DNA of 64,000 bases from Shigella phage SP18. The stretch lies in the sequence record GQ981382; one strand, written 5' to 3'. This document shows, one piece after another, positions 42,822 through 53,807 of this stretch. The translations under genes and the position numbers were made by a program. The notes under the pieces are model-generated. The model searched no databases and was not told the DNA's origin. It saw nothing but the letters and a program-made list of their open reading frames with translations. The number at the start of each line of letters is the position of its first letter. Position 1 is the stretch's first letter.

Positions 42822-42880
42822 GTTTTAGTCCTCATCAGTAGTTGATGGAACCATTATGTATAGAAAGAAGGGGCTTGTAC
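42822..42880 (-). promoter_or_regulatory. PeSL-like early promoter-leader cassette, copy E (variant leader)
   Basis: Minus strand GTGTACAA, 16 nt, CATAATGGTTCCATCAACTACTGATGAGGA, then ATG. Confidence 0.65.
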
Positions 42881-42891
42881 ACCCCTTTTTA

Positions 42892-44028
42892 TTATTCAGG
42901 AAGGATTACTTCCGCTTGGTAGTCCGACGGAATGTAAAGTTTATGATTTTTAAGGAAAACTTTATTGATTTGAGCAATCGTTTGTTCAGTTTCCTGCGGG
43001 CGTTGATAGGTGTTCATTAATACGGAGAACAATCCCGGGTACGGTTTACACAACTCTTGACCTTTAATCGCAAACTCGCGACGGTCTTTTCCTGCCAGTT
43101 GTTTCTGGGCATCAAGCAGCAATCCAAGAGTGTTGGACAGATAATCCAGATGTACAATGGTAAAGGCATTAACTTTTTCGCGAGCATAATCATCACCAGT
43201 AAACATGGCAATAACATCATCTGCGCCGCCGGCAACAACAACTTCAAACAGACGCTCATTATTATTAATGGAGTCTTTAGTATGGTGCAGAGCACAATAC
43301 CATTCTGTTTTCAGCTTGAACTTCTGACCACTTGCCAGCTCGTAGACGAAGCCTTCAATCTCTTTCATACCACGAACATTCTCAATGCTCACCAGGTCAT
43401 ATGCTTCAACCAGGAAAGGACGGAGTGCAGCATCTTTGAACAGCTCAGGATAAGGAATATATTCGCCAGTTTCATTATGACGAACGTTCAGTAAAATCAG
43501 GTCACGTTCCTGGTAAGGCAAAACAATGCGGTTGGTTGGTGCAACATATTCCATATTGCATGTATAACCAGCTTCAGTGATTTCAGTCACACGAGCCCTG
43601 AACGCTTCACGGTGCGGTTGTTTAAACACCTGCAGAGATTCAGCAGCTTGGGAACTTTTAATCGACCCTTTGGATTTAAAAGCAATATTAGTCTGGTCCA
43701 TATAAGTAGAAACCAAGCTACCATCAGCTTTTGCAGTAACCAGGACAACTTCATCAAGGTTAAGGTCCATGGTCATTGGGTTCTCACCCAGATTAAAGAA
43801 TTTTTCCATAGGACGGGCAGCAATGCGAACTGGACCATTGTCATCCATTTCAAACATAATGCCGCGGCACTCCAGCGCATCATCAAGAAGCCAATCACTA
43901 TAGGAAGCATAGTTATAGCTAAAGATGCGGAACTTAGTTTCAAATGGAGAAACAAAATCCGTATAGAAAAACTTACCTTTATCGGATTCGGCGCAAAGCT
44001 TCATTAAGTTATCATATAATTCAATCAT
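42892..44028 (-). CDS. rnlA: RNA ligase 1 (RnlA)
   Basis: 378 aa; matches T4 Rnl1 (FFYTDFVSPFETKFRIFSYNYASYSDWLLDDALECRGIMFEMD, KADGSLVSTY ligase motif). Confidence 0.93.
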   Translation of the reverse strand: MIELYDNLMKLCAESDKGKFFYTDFVSPFETKFRIFSYNYASYSDWLLDDALECRGIMFEMDDNGPVRIAARPMEKFFNLGENPMTMDLNLDEVVLVTAKADGSLVSTYMDQTNIAFKSKGSIKSSQAAESLQVFKQPHREAFRARVTEITEAGYTCNMEYVAPTNRIVLPYQERDLILLNVRHNETGEYIPYPELFKDAALRPFLVEAYDLVSIENVRGMKEIEGFVYELASGQKFKLKTEWYCALHHTKDSINNNERLFEVVVAGGADDVIAMFTGDDYAREKVNAFTIVHLDYLSNTLGLLLDAQKQLAGKDRREFAIKGQELCKPYPGLFSVLMNTYQRPQETEQTIAQINKVFLKNHKLYIPSDYQAEVILPE

Positions 44029-44441
44029 TTCTTCACCTTATGTTGGTAATTCCACGGGGGATTAAAAAGCTTGATGAACATCGGCTCTTCTAGAGACATC
44101 GTTTCGACTGACATTGTGCCAAGTTCATTGGTCATTGACAGATTGAAACATTGTCGTGCATAGAATACCACCTTTTTACCTTCTTGTAAAGCTTCATGTA
44201 TCATCCGGGATTTGTTTGAATCACTTGTCTGGTCGATTCGGTTAATCGCAGTCCGGTAATAGTTGATACGCTTCTTAAGGTTGTTCGTCTTACCAATATA
44301 CACTAGTTCATCATCAACTGAAATAGCATAGATAACATTTTTCTTGTTTGCGAGAGTAAGAATAGGGATTTTACCATCGACTAACTCCAACTCCGCGTAT
44401 TTTATAAAACTGTATTCATCAGCGATTTGTTTCATGGGCAA
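44025..44441 (-). CDS. denA: Endonuclease II (DenA)
   Basis: 138 aa, T4 DenA size and position between rnlA and nrdB; GIY-YIG-like core (VIYAISVDDELVYIGKT). Confidence 0.8.
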   Translation of the reverse strand: MPMKQIADEYSFIKYAELELVDGKIPILTLANKKNVIYAISVDDELVYIGKTNNLKKRINYYRTAINRIDQTSDSNKSRMIHEALQEGKKVVFYARQCFNLSMTNELGTMSVETMSLEEPMFIKLFNPPWNYQHKVKK

Positions 44442-44460
44442 AAAGGGCCGAAGCCCTTTC
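44438..44460 (-). terminator. Terminator hairpin downstream of nrdB
   Basis: AGGGC-CGAA-GCCCT with a T-run on the minus strand. Confidence 0.6.
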
Positions 44461-44461
44461 C

Positions 44462-45640
44462 TTATAGATATTTACGGAAACCAGCAAGAACATTCTCATC
44501 GACGTCATTGTCAATCTGGGCTACCAGGTAAGCAGACAACTCAACTTCTTGTGGGGCAGATTGCACATTATCAGAGTTAAGATATTCGCGAATCCATGGA
44601 ATCGGGTGCTTAGTAGATTCTAACACGATTTCACAAGGGAGACCGCATTGCTTCATACGAGAAACTGTCAGGTAATCGATAAAACGGTTAAGAATCTCGA
44701 CGCTCAACCCAGGGAGTCCACCATCTTTAAACAGATGCACGGCCCATTCTTTTTCCTGGCGATTAACTTCCATGAAAATGGCTGCGGCTTCTGCTTCACA
44801 TTCGTGTGCGATTTTAACCCATTCGTCACCGTCAACACCAGTTTGCAGCTGACGAAGAATATATTGGGTCCCCTTAAGGTGGAGCTGTTCATCACGGGCG
44901 ATGAACTTCATTATCTTCGCATTACCTTCCATGATTTCCATGTTCTTATGGAAGTTGAAAGTACAAGCAAAAGATACATAAAAACGAATAGCTTCCAGGG
45001 CGTTAATAACGTGCAGGCAGAGATAAAGAGACTTCATCAATGCTCGTTTGGCGATAGATTCTTGTTTGATAGCTCGTTCCAAACGTTCGTCCGCTTCGGG
45101 AGTTTCTTTGGCCAGTTCAACAAAAGCAATCTGGTTTTGCCATTGACGAGTTTTATTCAGAACATCATCATAGTAATGACCAATGGATTCTGCACGCTTC
45201 ATGATTGCATCATCTAACAGGATTTCGTCGAATACTTTCGCCGGGTCCGTGTAGAGATTTCGCATGATGTGCGTATAAGAACGAGAGTGAATTGTCTCGC
45301 TGAATGTCCAGGTCTGAATCCATGTATCAAGACTCGGGTCAGAAACTAATGCGGCTAATGCTGCAGCTGGAGCACGACCCTGAATACTATCCAGAAGTGA
45401 TTGGTATTTCAGGTTGTTGGTAAAAATATTTTGTTGATGTTCAGGAAGCTTATTAAATTGGGCTCCATCCATCATCAGGTTTACTTCCTCTGGACGCCAG
45501 AAGAATGATAATTGCTTTTCTGTTAATTCTTCGAAAACTTTATGGCGCTGGATATCATAACGGGCGATGCCCAATCCTGAACCGAAGAACATCGGCTCGG
45601 TTAAAACATCCACTGGAGTGGTATTAAAAACTGTACTCAT
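44462..45640 (-). CDS. nrdB: Ribonucleotide reductase small subunit NrdB, uninterrupted
   Basis: 392 aa continuous ORF with diiron/tyrosyl-radical family blocks; no intron-like interruption. Confidence 0.93.
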   Translation of the reverse strand: MSTVFNTTPVDVLTEPMFFGSGLGIARYDIQRHKVFEELTEKQLSFFWRPEEVNLMMDGAQFNKLPEHQQNIFTNNLKYQSLLDSIQGRAPAAALAALVSDPSLDTWIQTWTFSETIHSRSYTHIMRNLYTDPAKVFDEILLDDAIMKRAESIGHYYDDVLNKTRQWQNQIAFVELAKETPEADERLERAIKQESIAKRALMKSLYLCLHVINALEAIRFYVSFACTFNFHKNMEIMEGNAKIMKFIARDEQLHLKGTQYILRQLQTGVDGDEWVKIAHECEAEAAAIFMEVNRQEKEWAVHLFKDGGLPGLSVEILNRFIDYLTVSRMKQCGLPCEIVLESTKHPIPWIREYLNSDNVQSAPQEVELSAYLVAQIDNDVDENVLAGFRKYL

Positions 45641-45678
45641 TTTATTTCCTCAATAGCTCATCCATGAGCATAATTATA

Positions 45679-47934
45679 TCAAAGTTTACAGGCGGAGCAG
45701 TCTTCTGCTTTAGGAGCTTCGATTTCGTAATCGTCTGTTCCGGAACCATCTCTAGTGTTATGATAATAAAGGTTTTTTCCGCCAAAATACCAGAAGTACA
45801 TCAGGTCGTCAAGCATAACAGACATCGGAACTTTTCCTTTCGGATAATTCTGTGGGTCATAATATGTATTGGCTGATGCTGACTGACAAATCCATTTCAA
45901 CATAATCGCGACTTGTGTCAGATAAGGTTTGTTACCCTGCTTAGCTAGCACCCATGCGTAATCGTACAATCCTTTATTGTGCTCAATATTGGGCACGACT
46001 TGATTAAAGGAACCCTCTTTTGACTCTTTAATAGAGACTGGTCCACGCGGAGGTTCGATACCGTTTGTACTGTTAGAAACTTGGGAAGATGACTCACAAG
46101 GCATAAGTGCTGATAATGTGCTATTACGGATGCCATGTTCAACCAGGTCTTCCCGCAACTGCGCCCAGTCACAAACGTAGTTTGGAGCTGCGATTTGGTC
46201 AATCTTTTTATTGTACCAGTCGATAGGTAATTCGCCTCGAGCCCAACGAGTGTCTGAATAATATTCGCAAGGTCCTTTTTCTTTGGCGAGCTTGATTGAT
46301 GCTCGGATAAGGCCATATTGTAATCTCTCGAACAGTTCATGTGTTAAATCATTTGCATCAGCGTAGGAAGCGAAATTGCTTGCCAGCCATGCAGCATAGT
46401 TAGTAACCCCAACACCCAGGTTGCGGCGTTTTTTGGCTTTCAGAGCTTCTTTAACCGGATAACCCTGATAGTCCAACAGGTTATCAAGAGCACGAACTTG
46501 AACTTCAGCCAGCTCGTTAATCTTATCTTGGTCCTGCCAGTCAAAACTATCCAGAACAAATGCAGACAATGTGCACAATCCGATTTCAGCGTCTTCGCTG
46601 TTCACATCAGTAGTCGGGATTGCAATTTCGCAGCAAAGGTTTGATTGACGAATCGGAGCCTTATCACGGATGAACGGAGTGTAGTCATTCACGTTATCGA
46701 CGAACTGCGGATAAACCCTGGCTGTACCGGAACGTTCAGTCATGAATAATTCGAATACATCTTTTGCTTTGATACGCTTCTTACGAACTGTCGGGTCTTT
46801 TTCCAAGGCTTCATATAACTCGCGGAATTTATCCGGGTTATCAAAATATGAATAATACAATTCACCGCCAGCTTCGTGCGGACTAAACAGAGTGATGTAA
46901 TCATTCTTAGCCAGACGTTCCATCATCAGGTTATTCAGCTGGACACCATAGTCCATATGTCTGATGCGGTTTTCTTCAACGCCCTTGTTGTTCTTCAGAA
47001 CGAGTAAATTTTCAACTTCCAAATGCCAAATAGGATAATAAGCAGTAGCAGCGCCGCCACGGATTCCACCTTGTGAACATGATTTAACAGCCGTTTGGAA
47101 ATGTTTCCAGAACGGAATAACACCAGTATGCTTAACTTCGCCCATACCGATTTTCGAACCTTCGGCACGAATCATGCCAACGTTGATACCGATACCTGCA
47201 CGCTTACTGATATATTCGATGATTGAATTAGCAGTCTTATTAATTGACTTCAGGGAGTCAGCCGCTTCGATAACCACGCAGGAACTGAACTGTCTGGTAG
47301 GTGTTCTGGCGCCGGCCATGATAGGCGTGGGCAACGAAACCTGTCGAGTGGATACTGCATCATAAAAACGGCAAACGTGCTTCAGACGGTCCGTTGGTTC
47401 ATCCTGGTGCAGTGCCATGCCGATAGCCATGATTGCGAATTGCGGAGTCTCGTAGATTTTCCCAGTGGTTTTATCTTTAACCAGGTATTTTTCTTTAAGC
47501 TGCATCGCGCCTGCATAAGTCAAGTCAAAATCACGTTCGTGTTTGATACGAGATTCCAGATAAGTAATCTCTTCGGCCGAGTAGCTTGACAACAGTTCCG
47601 GGTCGTATTTGCCTTCATTGACACAATAAGAAATCTGGTCAATAAAAGAACGCGGTTCGAACTGGCCATAAACATCTTTACGCAGAGCAAACATCGTAGC
47701 CTTCGCTGCAACGTATTGGTAATCTGGTTCTTCAACCGAGATAAGCCCAGCAGACACTTTGATGATAACCGTCTGAATATCGCGAGTAGTCATACCATCG
47801 CGCAGGTGTGGTTTGATTGTTTCGTATAATTCATACGGGTCGATATTGGTTCCTTCACATGACCAGGAAAGAACTTTAATAATTTTCTGGCCATCAAAAT
47901 CTTGAGATACGCCACTACTTTTTTGTACTTGCAT
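45679..47934 (-). CDS. nrdA: Ribonucleotide reductase large subunit NrdA
   Basis: 751 aa; class Ia RNR blocks (NLCCEIAIP, CESSSQ) and C-terminal CSACKL. Confidence 0.95.
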   Translation of the reverse strand: MQVQKSSGVSQDFDGQKIIKVLSWSCEGTNIDPYELYETIKPHLRDGMTTRDIQTVIIKVSAGLISVEEPDYQYVAAKATMFALRKDVYGQFEPRSFIDQISYCVNEGKYDPELLSSYSAEEITYLESRIKHERDFDLTYAGAMQLKEKYLVKDKTTGKIYETPQFAIMAIGMALHQDEPTDRLKHVCRFYDAVSTRQVSLPTPIMAGARTPTRQFSSCVVIEAADSLKSINKTANSIIEYISKRAGIGINVGMIRAEGSKIGMGEVKHTGVIPFWKHFQTAVKSCSQGGIRGGAATAYYPIWHLEVENLLVLKNNKGVEENRIRHMDYGVQLNNLMMERLAKNDYITLFSPHEAGGELYYSYFDNPDKFRELYEALEKDPTVRKKRIKAKDVFELFMTERSGTARVYPQFVDNVNDYTPFIRDKAPIRQSNLCCEIAIPTTDVNSEDAEIGLCTLSAFVLDSFDWQDQDKINELAEVQVRALDNLLDYQGYPVKEALKAKKRRNLGVGVTNYAAWLASNFASYADANDLTHELFERLQYGLIRASIKLAKEKGPCEYYSDTRWARGELPIDWYNKKIDQIAAPNYVCDWAQLREDLVEHGIRNSTLSALMPCESSSQVSNSTNGIEPPRGPVSIKESKEGSFNQVVPNIEHNKGLYDYAWVLAKQGNKPYLTQVAIMLKWICQSASANTYYDPQNYPKGKVPMSVMLDDLMYFWYFGGKNLYYHNTRDGSGTDDYEIEAPKAEDCSACKL

Positions 47935-47985
47935 GTTTTCCTCTGTTATAAAATGGGGTCATGCTTATAATAACACATGACCCTG

Positions 47986-47993
47986 AAGCGGAA
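47986..47993 (-). promoter_or_regulatory. TATAAATA-like motif (minus strand) plus leader hairpin upstream of nrdA
   Basis: Minus-strand TATAAATA followed by an 8-bp inverted repeat (GGGTCATG...CATGACCC, 47953-47980) before the nrdA start. Confidence 0.4.
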
Positions 47994-48064
47994 TCGTATT
48001 TATAGAAGGAAGTTAAGCCCAACCATTACGACCAAAAATAAAATGCCAGCAATTTGAATATTCA

Positions 48065-49726
<1,662 letters not shown>

Positions 49727-49730
<4 letters not shown>

Positions 49731-50068
49731 TTTAATTCCTTAACTGTCTTTTTAATGGCAGTAAAATCTTTACGAATATCGAGAACCAATTTGTAAAGAT
49801 GTTTAATTGTATCTGTATCAAAATATGATACAGCGCAACGTGATTGGCGAATATCTTCTAATGAATATTTGCTTTCACTTGTACCATATCCAATAATACC
49901 ACTAATGCACTTGTCATTAAGCGTATATTTCTGTGGACCATCAATATTATTTTTAGGATAGATGTAAAGGCTCCAATCAAATTTTTGTTCAAGCGTATTA
50001 ACCTTAACTTCAAGAATCAGTTCAGGATGTGCATCATCTTTAGCAAAACAAGTGTATTCAGTAAGCAT
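49727..50068 (-). CDS. Hypothetical protein
   Basis: 113 aa from the internal Met (MLTEYTCFAK), which has a GAGGA RBS; the longer ORF-track form overlaps the upstream gene in another frame. Confidence 0.5.
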
Positions 50069-50078
50069 TATATTTTCC

Positions 50079-50318
50079 TCACGCTTTCTTAGCAACTTTC
50101 CAGTCAGCTTTAAATTGGTCAACGTCAGAGTGATGAATCCAGAAACCAGATGAGCTACCATCTTCATAAAGAGGACAACCATCACACTCATCTTTCCAAC
50201 CCATCGCGCATAAAGTTTCTTCAGCTTTTTCCAGAGCTTCTGGATTGTTACCCTGGATTGTGAAGTACCATTTGCCTTTAACTTCTGAATCTTTGATGCT
50301 CTCACGTTGTAATTTCAT
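50079..50318 (-). CDS. Hypothetical early protein downstream of a PeSL-like cassette
   Basis: 79 aa; GGAGAATAAAATG start context; conserved cassette upstream. Confidence 0.6.
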   Translation of the reverse strand: MKLQRESIKDSEVKGKWYFTIQGNNPEALEKAEETLCAMGWKDECDGCPLYEDGSSSGFWIHHSDVDQFKADWKVAKKA

Positions 50319-50390
50319 TTTATTCTCCAGGGTTTTAGTTGTTAACTCAGTATGGGACCATTATGTCATAGCCCCATTTGGTTGTACACT
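50319..50390 (-). promoter_or_regulatory. PeSL-like early promoter-leader cassette, copy C
   Basis: Minus strand GTGTACAA, 16 nt, CATAATGGTCCCATACTGAGTTA, then GGAGAATAAAATG. Confidence 0.7.
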
Positions 50391-50395
50391 ACTTT

Positions 50396-50662
50396 TTAAA
50401 TTTTATCAAGCCATTTGCCAAGTTTAATCATTTCCTTGGTGGCTTTTTCCATACTTCTGAACTTAACTAATAAAGGATGAGTATCAACACCCATAACAAG
50501 ATTGGTTGCAAGACTGTGCTCACCCACAAGCCACAATGAGTATGTTTGAACATCGAGACCATAATTTCTGTCTTTATGTAAACGTACACCCATTACTTCA
50601 AATTGTTCGCTTGCTTTTTCTACTGCATCCAGGAAATCATCTTTAGTCATGTTAGACCTCAA
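50396..50662 (-). CDS. Hypothetical protein
   Basis: 88-aa ORF overlapping the start region of its upstream neighbour. Confidence 0.5.
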   Translation of the reverse strand: MRSNMTKDDFLDAVEKASEQFEVMGVRLHKDRNYGLDVQTYSLWLVGEHSLATNLVMGVDTHPLLVKFRSMEKATKEMIKLGKWLDKI

Positions 50663-51020
50663 AAGTTGCTTTAATCAAGGCAATAACTTCCGCGGCATTT
50701 TTATAATTTACCTGCACATGAATGGTTTGGGTATCAACATCAGGAGCATCACCATCAACTTCCAGGAAGTGACAGAATTCCCATTCAGCGAGTTCAAAGT
50801 ACTCATCAACATCACCCATACTATTCAGGATGGTGCCATCTTTCATTTCAACTTTTTCAACAAAATAATCACCTTCAATATAACACATATCCAGGACTTT
50901 GAAGGAATTGCCATGCTGTTCCATTAACTTGACCATGCACGAATTATCATCAGGACTACCAGCGATGAATTGTTTTTTAGCAGCAGGGTCTAATACGTAA
51001 AATTTACCAGTTTCCATCAT
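50652..51020 (-). CDS. Hypothetical acidic protein, paralogue of 51083-51445
   Basis: 122 aa; GDVDEYFELAEWEFCHF and AEVIALIKATFEV align with the neighbouring paralogue; cassette-like promoter upstream. Confidence 0.6.
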   Translation of the reverse strand: MMETGKFYVLDPAAKKQFIAGSPDDNSCMVKLMEQHGNSFKVLDMCYIEGDYFVEKVEMKDGTILNSMGDVDEYFELAEWEFCHFLEVDGDAPDVDTQTIHVQVNYKNAAEVIALIKATFEV

Positions 51021-51080
51021 TTTATTTTCCTCATGTAGTTGATAGGTCTATAATAACATAATCATAGACCCGTTGTAAAC
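51021..51080 (-). promoter_or_regulatory. PeSL-like early promoter-leader cassette, copy G (degenerate -10)
   Basis: Minus strand GTTTACAA, 16 nt, TTATTAT, then CCTATCAACTACATGAGGAAAATAAAATG; contains a 7-bp inverted repeat. Confidence 0.5.
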
Positions 51081-51082
51081 TG

Positions 51083-51445
51083 CTATTTGAAAGCTTTTTG
51101 TAGAAGTTCAATGATTTGGTCGACGTTATTAGCATCCACAACACAATTAATAGAAACCGCCCCCGAAGGTGTTTTTGTATAATTGGAGTATTCACGGAAG
51201 CAATAAAACTCTTCTTCACTAAGTTCAAAATAATCATCACCCATGCCATCATCATTATAGATTGCACCATTAGCACAAATGATTTCGGTTACATAATCAT
51301 AGCCGTCTGCACTTGATATTGATTTAACTTCAAACCAATCACCATTTTCTTGGATGATGTCGACCATACTAGCATTCGATGAACTAATATCAATGAAAGA
51401 TTTAATACGATGTGGATTGAACTCATATTTTTTGCCGATTTCCAT
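51083..51445 (-). CDS. Hypothetical acidic protein, paralogue of 50652-51020
   Basis: 120 aa; GDDYFELSEEEFYCF and DQIIELLQKAFK; PeSL-like cassette upstream. Confidence 0.6.
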   Translation of the reverse strand: MEIGKKYEFNPHRIKSFIDISSSNASMVDIIQENGDWFEVKSISSADGYDYVTEIICANGAIYNDDGMGDDYFELSEEEFYCFREYSNYTKTPSGAVSINCVVDANNVDQIIELLQKAFK

Positions 51446-51516
51446 TTTTTATTTCCTCAGTTGTTATCAGTAGTTGATGGAATCATTATGCCTTAGCTCA
51501 AAGGACTTGTACACTA
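51446..51516 (-). promoter_or_regulatory. PeSL-like early promoter-leader cassette, copy D (variant leader)
   Basis: Minus strand GTGTACAA, 16 nt, CATAATGATTCCATCAACTACTGATAACAACTGAGGAAATAAAAAATG. Confidence 0.65.
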
Positions 51517-51524
51517 CTTTTTGA

Positions 51525-51552
51525 AAATAAAAAAGGGACCCGAAGGTCCCCC
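51525..51552 (-). terminator. Terminator hairpin downstream of gene 32
   Basis: GGGACC-CGAA-GGTCCC with a T-run on the minus strand. Confidence 0.7.
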
Positions 51553-51557
51553 TTATA

Positions 51558-52469
51558 TTAAAGGCCAGCCAGAAGGTCGTCAAGACCATCATCAGAAGGC
51601 TCTGGAGTGCTTGGAGCAGTCGCAGTGCGTTCAGACTTAGCAGGTTTGCTGGAAGTGAAGTCTTCCATATCTTTATCGAAATCGTCCAGGTCAGCGCCCA
51701 GTTTATCAGCTTGTGCAGCGGCTTTAGAAGCAGCCCCGCCAAGAGCAGCCGTACCCATTACTTTAGAGAATTTCTTCTGATTCTCTTCAAGGGATTTAAA
51801 TACCAGCAATTCATTCAGGTCAGACATTTCGTCCCAAAGTTTTTTCTGGAATGCTTCATCATTGATACCAGCGATTTCAGACTGGTTCATGAATTTGGAA
51901 TCATCGTAGTTTTTATAACCGGAAACCAGTTTGGATTTCAGTACAAAGTTTGCACCTTCAAAAGGACAAGTTACATCAATAGCTGTTTCGCCCATGTCAA
52001 CATCGACTTCAACCATCTGGTTAATTTTGTCCATGATTTTCTTGCCGAAGCGATATTTGAATACTTGACCTTCGTTAGACGGAACAGCAGGGTCTTTAAT
52101 GACCAGGATGTTAGCCCAGTAAGAAGTATTACGCTTCAGTTTACGATATTCGGATTCGTTTGTGTTGTACAGGTCATTCTTGTTCATGTACGCACACACA
52201 GGGCAGTTTTCATAATCGCCGTGGGTAGAAGTACAGTTTTCAATATACCATTGACCGCCATTTTTAAAGCCGTGGTTAACGAGCTTGATGAACGGAGATG
52301 GATTTTCTTCATTCTTGGAAGGCAGGAAACGAATAACCGCAGAACCGACGCCATCAGTATCTTTCAGTTTCCATTCTTTTTTATCGTCAGAAGAGAAACC
52401 AGAACCACCTTTCAGAGCGTTAAGGGAAGCAGCCAGGTCAGCAGGGTTTTTACGTTTAAACATAGACAT
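51558..52469 (-). CDS. 32: Single-stranded DNA-binding protein gp32
   Basis: 303 aa; matches T4 gp32 (GKWYIENCSSTHGDY-like zinc region, GANFVLK, acidic C-terminal tail). Confidence 0.95.
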   Translation of the reverse strand: MSMFKRKNPADLAASLNALKGGSGFSSDDKKEWKLKDTDGVGSAVIRFLPSKNEENPSPFIKLVNHGFKNGGQWYIENCTSTHGDYENCPVCAYMNKNDLYNTNESEYRKLKRNTSYWANILVIKDPAVPSNEGQVFKYRFGKKIMDKINQMVEVDVDMGETAIDVTCPFEGANFVLKSKLVSGYKNYDDSKFMNQSEIAGINDEAFQKKLWDEMSDLNELLVFKSLEENQKKFSKVMGTAALGGAASKAAAQADKLGADLDDFDKDMEDFTSSKPAKSERTATAPSTPEPSDDGLDDLLAGL

Positions 52470-52512
52470 ATGATTTTCCTTAGATTATTTGATTTTTAGC
52501 AGTTGTTTTGAT

Positions 52513-52537
52513 TACGTATTAATTATACTTCAAAGTG
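52513..52537 (-). promoter_or_regulatory. Middle-type promoter candidate upstream of gene 32
   Basis: Minus strand cGCTTCAatcactttgaagTATAAT, with 12-nt spacing. Confidence 0.5.
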
Positions 52538-53157
52538 ATTGAAGCGATAAACTTTTGAAATTCAGAATCAAGATGGGGATTCCATCCTAATTTGAATTTA
52601 TTTATAATGGAAATACCGGTCGTGTGTGTACACGGTAAACCAGTTTCTCTTGCCATAATAACTGGACCAAGTCTGGAAGTTCTATGCGGTCCTATATACC
52701 AGTCATAATATATTCCAGCATTTAACCAAACTAAATGAGCACCTTTAGCTATTGTATTAGGATGTTCCCAAGGCAATAAACCTTTAAGGTGAGAATTTAA
52801 TTTCATATTTATTTTATGTGATTCTGATTTTGGTTTACCTTTTAATGAAGACTTAAAGGTTCCACGAGCACTCGCCTTATTGAAAAACAATGGCGATTTA
52901 ACCACATTATAGTGTTGATGGTAAAACTCTTCTTCTGACAACACATCGTCACACACATGCAGAATTTTAACGGTTGGTTTTTCAGACAATGCCTCAATAA
53001 AACGAGATTGTTTGCATGAAGACCAGTATTCTTTATTATGTGAATCAATTATAACACCATTTTCAAAAGCACAATTATGCTTTGACCCAATGTAAAAATA
53101 AGGAGGCGTTTTATTTTTCAGACGAGTTTCAAATGTAAACCAATATACAACATTCAA
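52519..53157 (-). CDS. Hypothetical protein at the segG-like locus, possibly a degenerate GIY-YIG endonuclease
   Basis: 212 aa between genes 32 and 59; N-terminal VYWFTF...YFYIGSK loosely resembles a GIY...YIG motif. Confidence 0.35.
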   Translation of the reverse strand: MNVVYWFTFETRLKNKTPPYFYIGSKHNCAFENGVIIDSHNKEYWSSCKQSRFIEALSEKPTVKILHVCDDVLSEEEFYHQHYNVVKSPLFFNKASARGTFKSSLKGKPKSESHKINMKLNSHLKGLLPWEHPNTIAKGAHLVWLNAGIYYDWYIGPHRTSRLGPVIMARETGLPCTHTTGISIINKFKLGWNPHLDSEFQKFIASITLKYN

Positions 53158-53807
53158 AACTTACACCCTTTAACAGTCTCGATGAACAATTTACGGGCTT
53201 CAAGAGAATCGATATTTAAGATTTTCTTATAAGCATTTAGTTTAGTTGAATACTTTTCCCAAACCAAGTCGTTAGTCTGTTCATCATGTTGGTCTATTAT
53301 ACCTAAAAATGAATCAAGCAAACAAAACGTTTCAAATGAAATAACATTCGATTGGAGAAGTTTGAAAATATAACTTGTATTCACTTTAGTATTATACTCG
53401 AAAATCTCTTGAAGCGATTTGACTTCGACTTTCTTACTGAAGTAATAGATATTCTTTATATCATCTTCGTATACTTGTTTAATTCTTTTAAGTCTGCCAA
53501 TGTATTCACGATAAAATATCAGAGCATCAGCATCACTTATATCGCCTATCCATGCATCCTGGTTTGCAACCAGGTTTGACATGAATATTAACGTTAATTC
53601 TTTAAGAGTGTACTTATCGCTAAGCTTTTCGAAAAAATACTTATCGCGACGTTTTTGATAAGCACTATCGGAGATTCGCATGGTCCAGTTATATTTGATA
53701 ATATCATAACGACCCGAAAAATGCTGTTTGATGGATAAGTACAGTTGGTATACTGATTTACCATTTATGTATCGGTTGTTATTTGGAGGCATGCGAATCG
53801 TAATCAT
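53154..53807 (-). CDS. 59: Helicase loader gp59
   Basis: 217 aa, the T4 gp59 length; matches (KYFFEKLSDKYTLKELTLIFMSNLVANQDAWIGDISDADALIFYREYIGRLK). Confidence 0.95.
   Translation of the reverse strand: MITIRMPPNNNRYINGKSVYQLYLSIKQHFSGRYDIIKYNWTMRISDSAYQKRRDKYFFEKLSDKYTLKELTLIFMSNLVANQDAWIGDISDADALIFYREYIGRLKRIKQVYEDDIKNIYYFSKKVEVKSLQEIFEYNTKVNTSYIFKLLQSNVISFETFCLLDSFLGIIDQHDEQTNDLVWEKYSTKLNAYKKILNIDSLEARKLFIETVKGCKF

Noticed and set aside
43057-45217. Plus-strand ORFs inside rnlA and nrdB
   Set aside because: Antisense shadow frames within conserved enzyme genes.
51711-52499. 262-aa plus-strand ORF inside gene 32
   Set aside because: Antisense to gp32; Phe-rich shadow frame.
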